Assembly (NCBI GenBank): GCA_964291215.2
Contig: OZ219791.1
Span: forward strand, 640,001-704,000
Origin: Alphaproteobacteria bacterium
GTDB taxonomy: Bacteria; Pseudomonadota; Alphaproteobacteria; MPNO01; UBA830
Direction of reading: 5' to 3'
Length of the DNA stretch: 64,000 nucleotides
The notes beneath the pieces were generated by a model. The model was not told where the DNA came from. It ran no database searches and saw only the letters and a list, made by a program, of their open reading frames with translations. Within the stretch, counting starts at the first letter, position 1; each line of letters begins with the position of its first letter. Shown one piece after another: positions 63,605 to 64,000 of this stretch. The translations under genes and the position numbers were made by a program.

Positions 63605-64000
63605 GCGCCAATGGCGTCCGGCCGATTCCCGGATGCCGCCCACAACCCGCCCACATTCCGAAAACAACCCGCCCGCGTACCGGTAACGCCGCCGGCGACG
63701 ACCGCGGGCGGCTCCAAAGCCAGAAAACCCGGCACGCTGTGAAACCTCCGGACAGCAGAAGACAGCAAAATTGAATGCAGCATAAGAAACGTCTGATTCG
63801 GAACTCGGCCCATGATGCTTCGTTGCGGACCTATGTTATTATCGCGCTGTCGGCCGGGCCTTGCCCGGCCGACACGTCATTCGCGGTTGGACCCCGCACG
63901 TGCACGCGGGCCGGCCTTTCGTGGACGGTCGCGAGGCGCGGCCACTGCCGGAGACAAAAGCATGGCGGAAGGCATTCTGGACGACATCGTCCGCCTCCGA

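Noticed and set aside
63962-64000. Possible CDS start (MAEGILDDIVRLR) at the window edge
   Set aside because: Only 13 codons visible; cannot be supported.

Overview
GC-rich alphaproteobacterial (Rhodospirillales-like, inferred from gene order) chromosome segment around the partition locus. Intact core genes: tkt-gap-pgk, rho, quinone oxidoreductase, dienelactone hydrolase, ogt, a YyaL-like gene, mnmE, mnmG-rsmG-parA-parB with two perfect parS sites, cobK-cbiD / cobA-cobB and a gamma-glutamyltransferase. The normally adjacent mnmE and mnmG are separated by a ~34 kb accessory block. It holds an intact narK1-narK2-narGHJI-PPIase cluster, two amidases, an intact Rpn-family nuclease gene with an internal RBS/ATG, and many nested IS relics (IS4/Tn5-type with an N-terminal DUF4338 domain, IS66, ISKra4, ISNCY, IS1634, IS110, IS630, IS256; ISAs1 near the window end). 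Highlights: (1) an 821-nt ORF-less group II intron inserted antisense in one amidase, with a damaged domain V; (2) a multicopy DUF4338 (Mom/GNAT-like motif)-transposase element with defined TIRs and an 8-bp target duplication, whose defective copies share lesions; (3) three ~125-bp IS66-type MITEs, two bracketing the rpn gene in a permuted arrangement; (4) pervasive microhomology-flanked short deletions and G14 runs confined to non-functional DNA. All family calls come from motif recognition by eye; no database searches were run.
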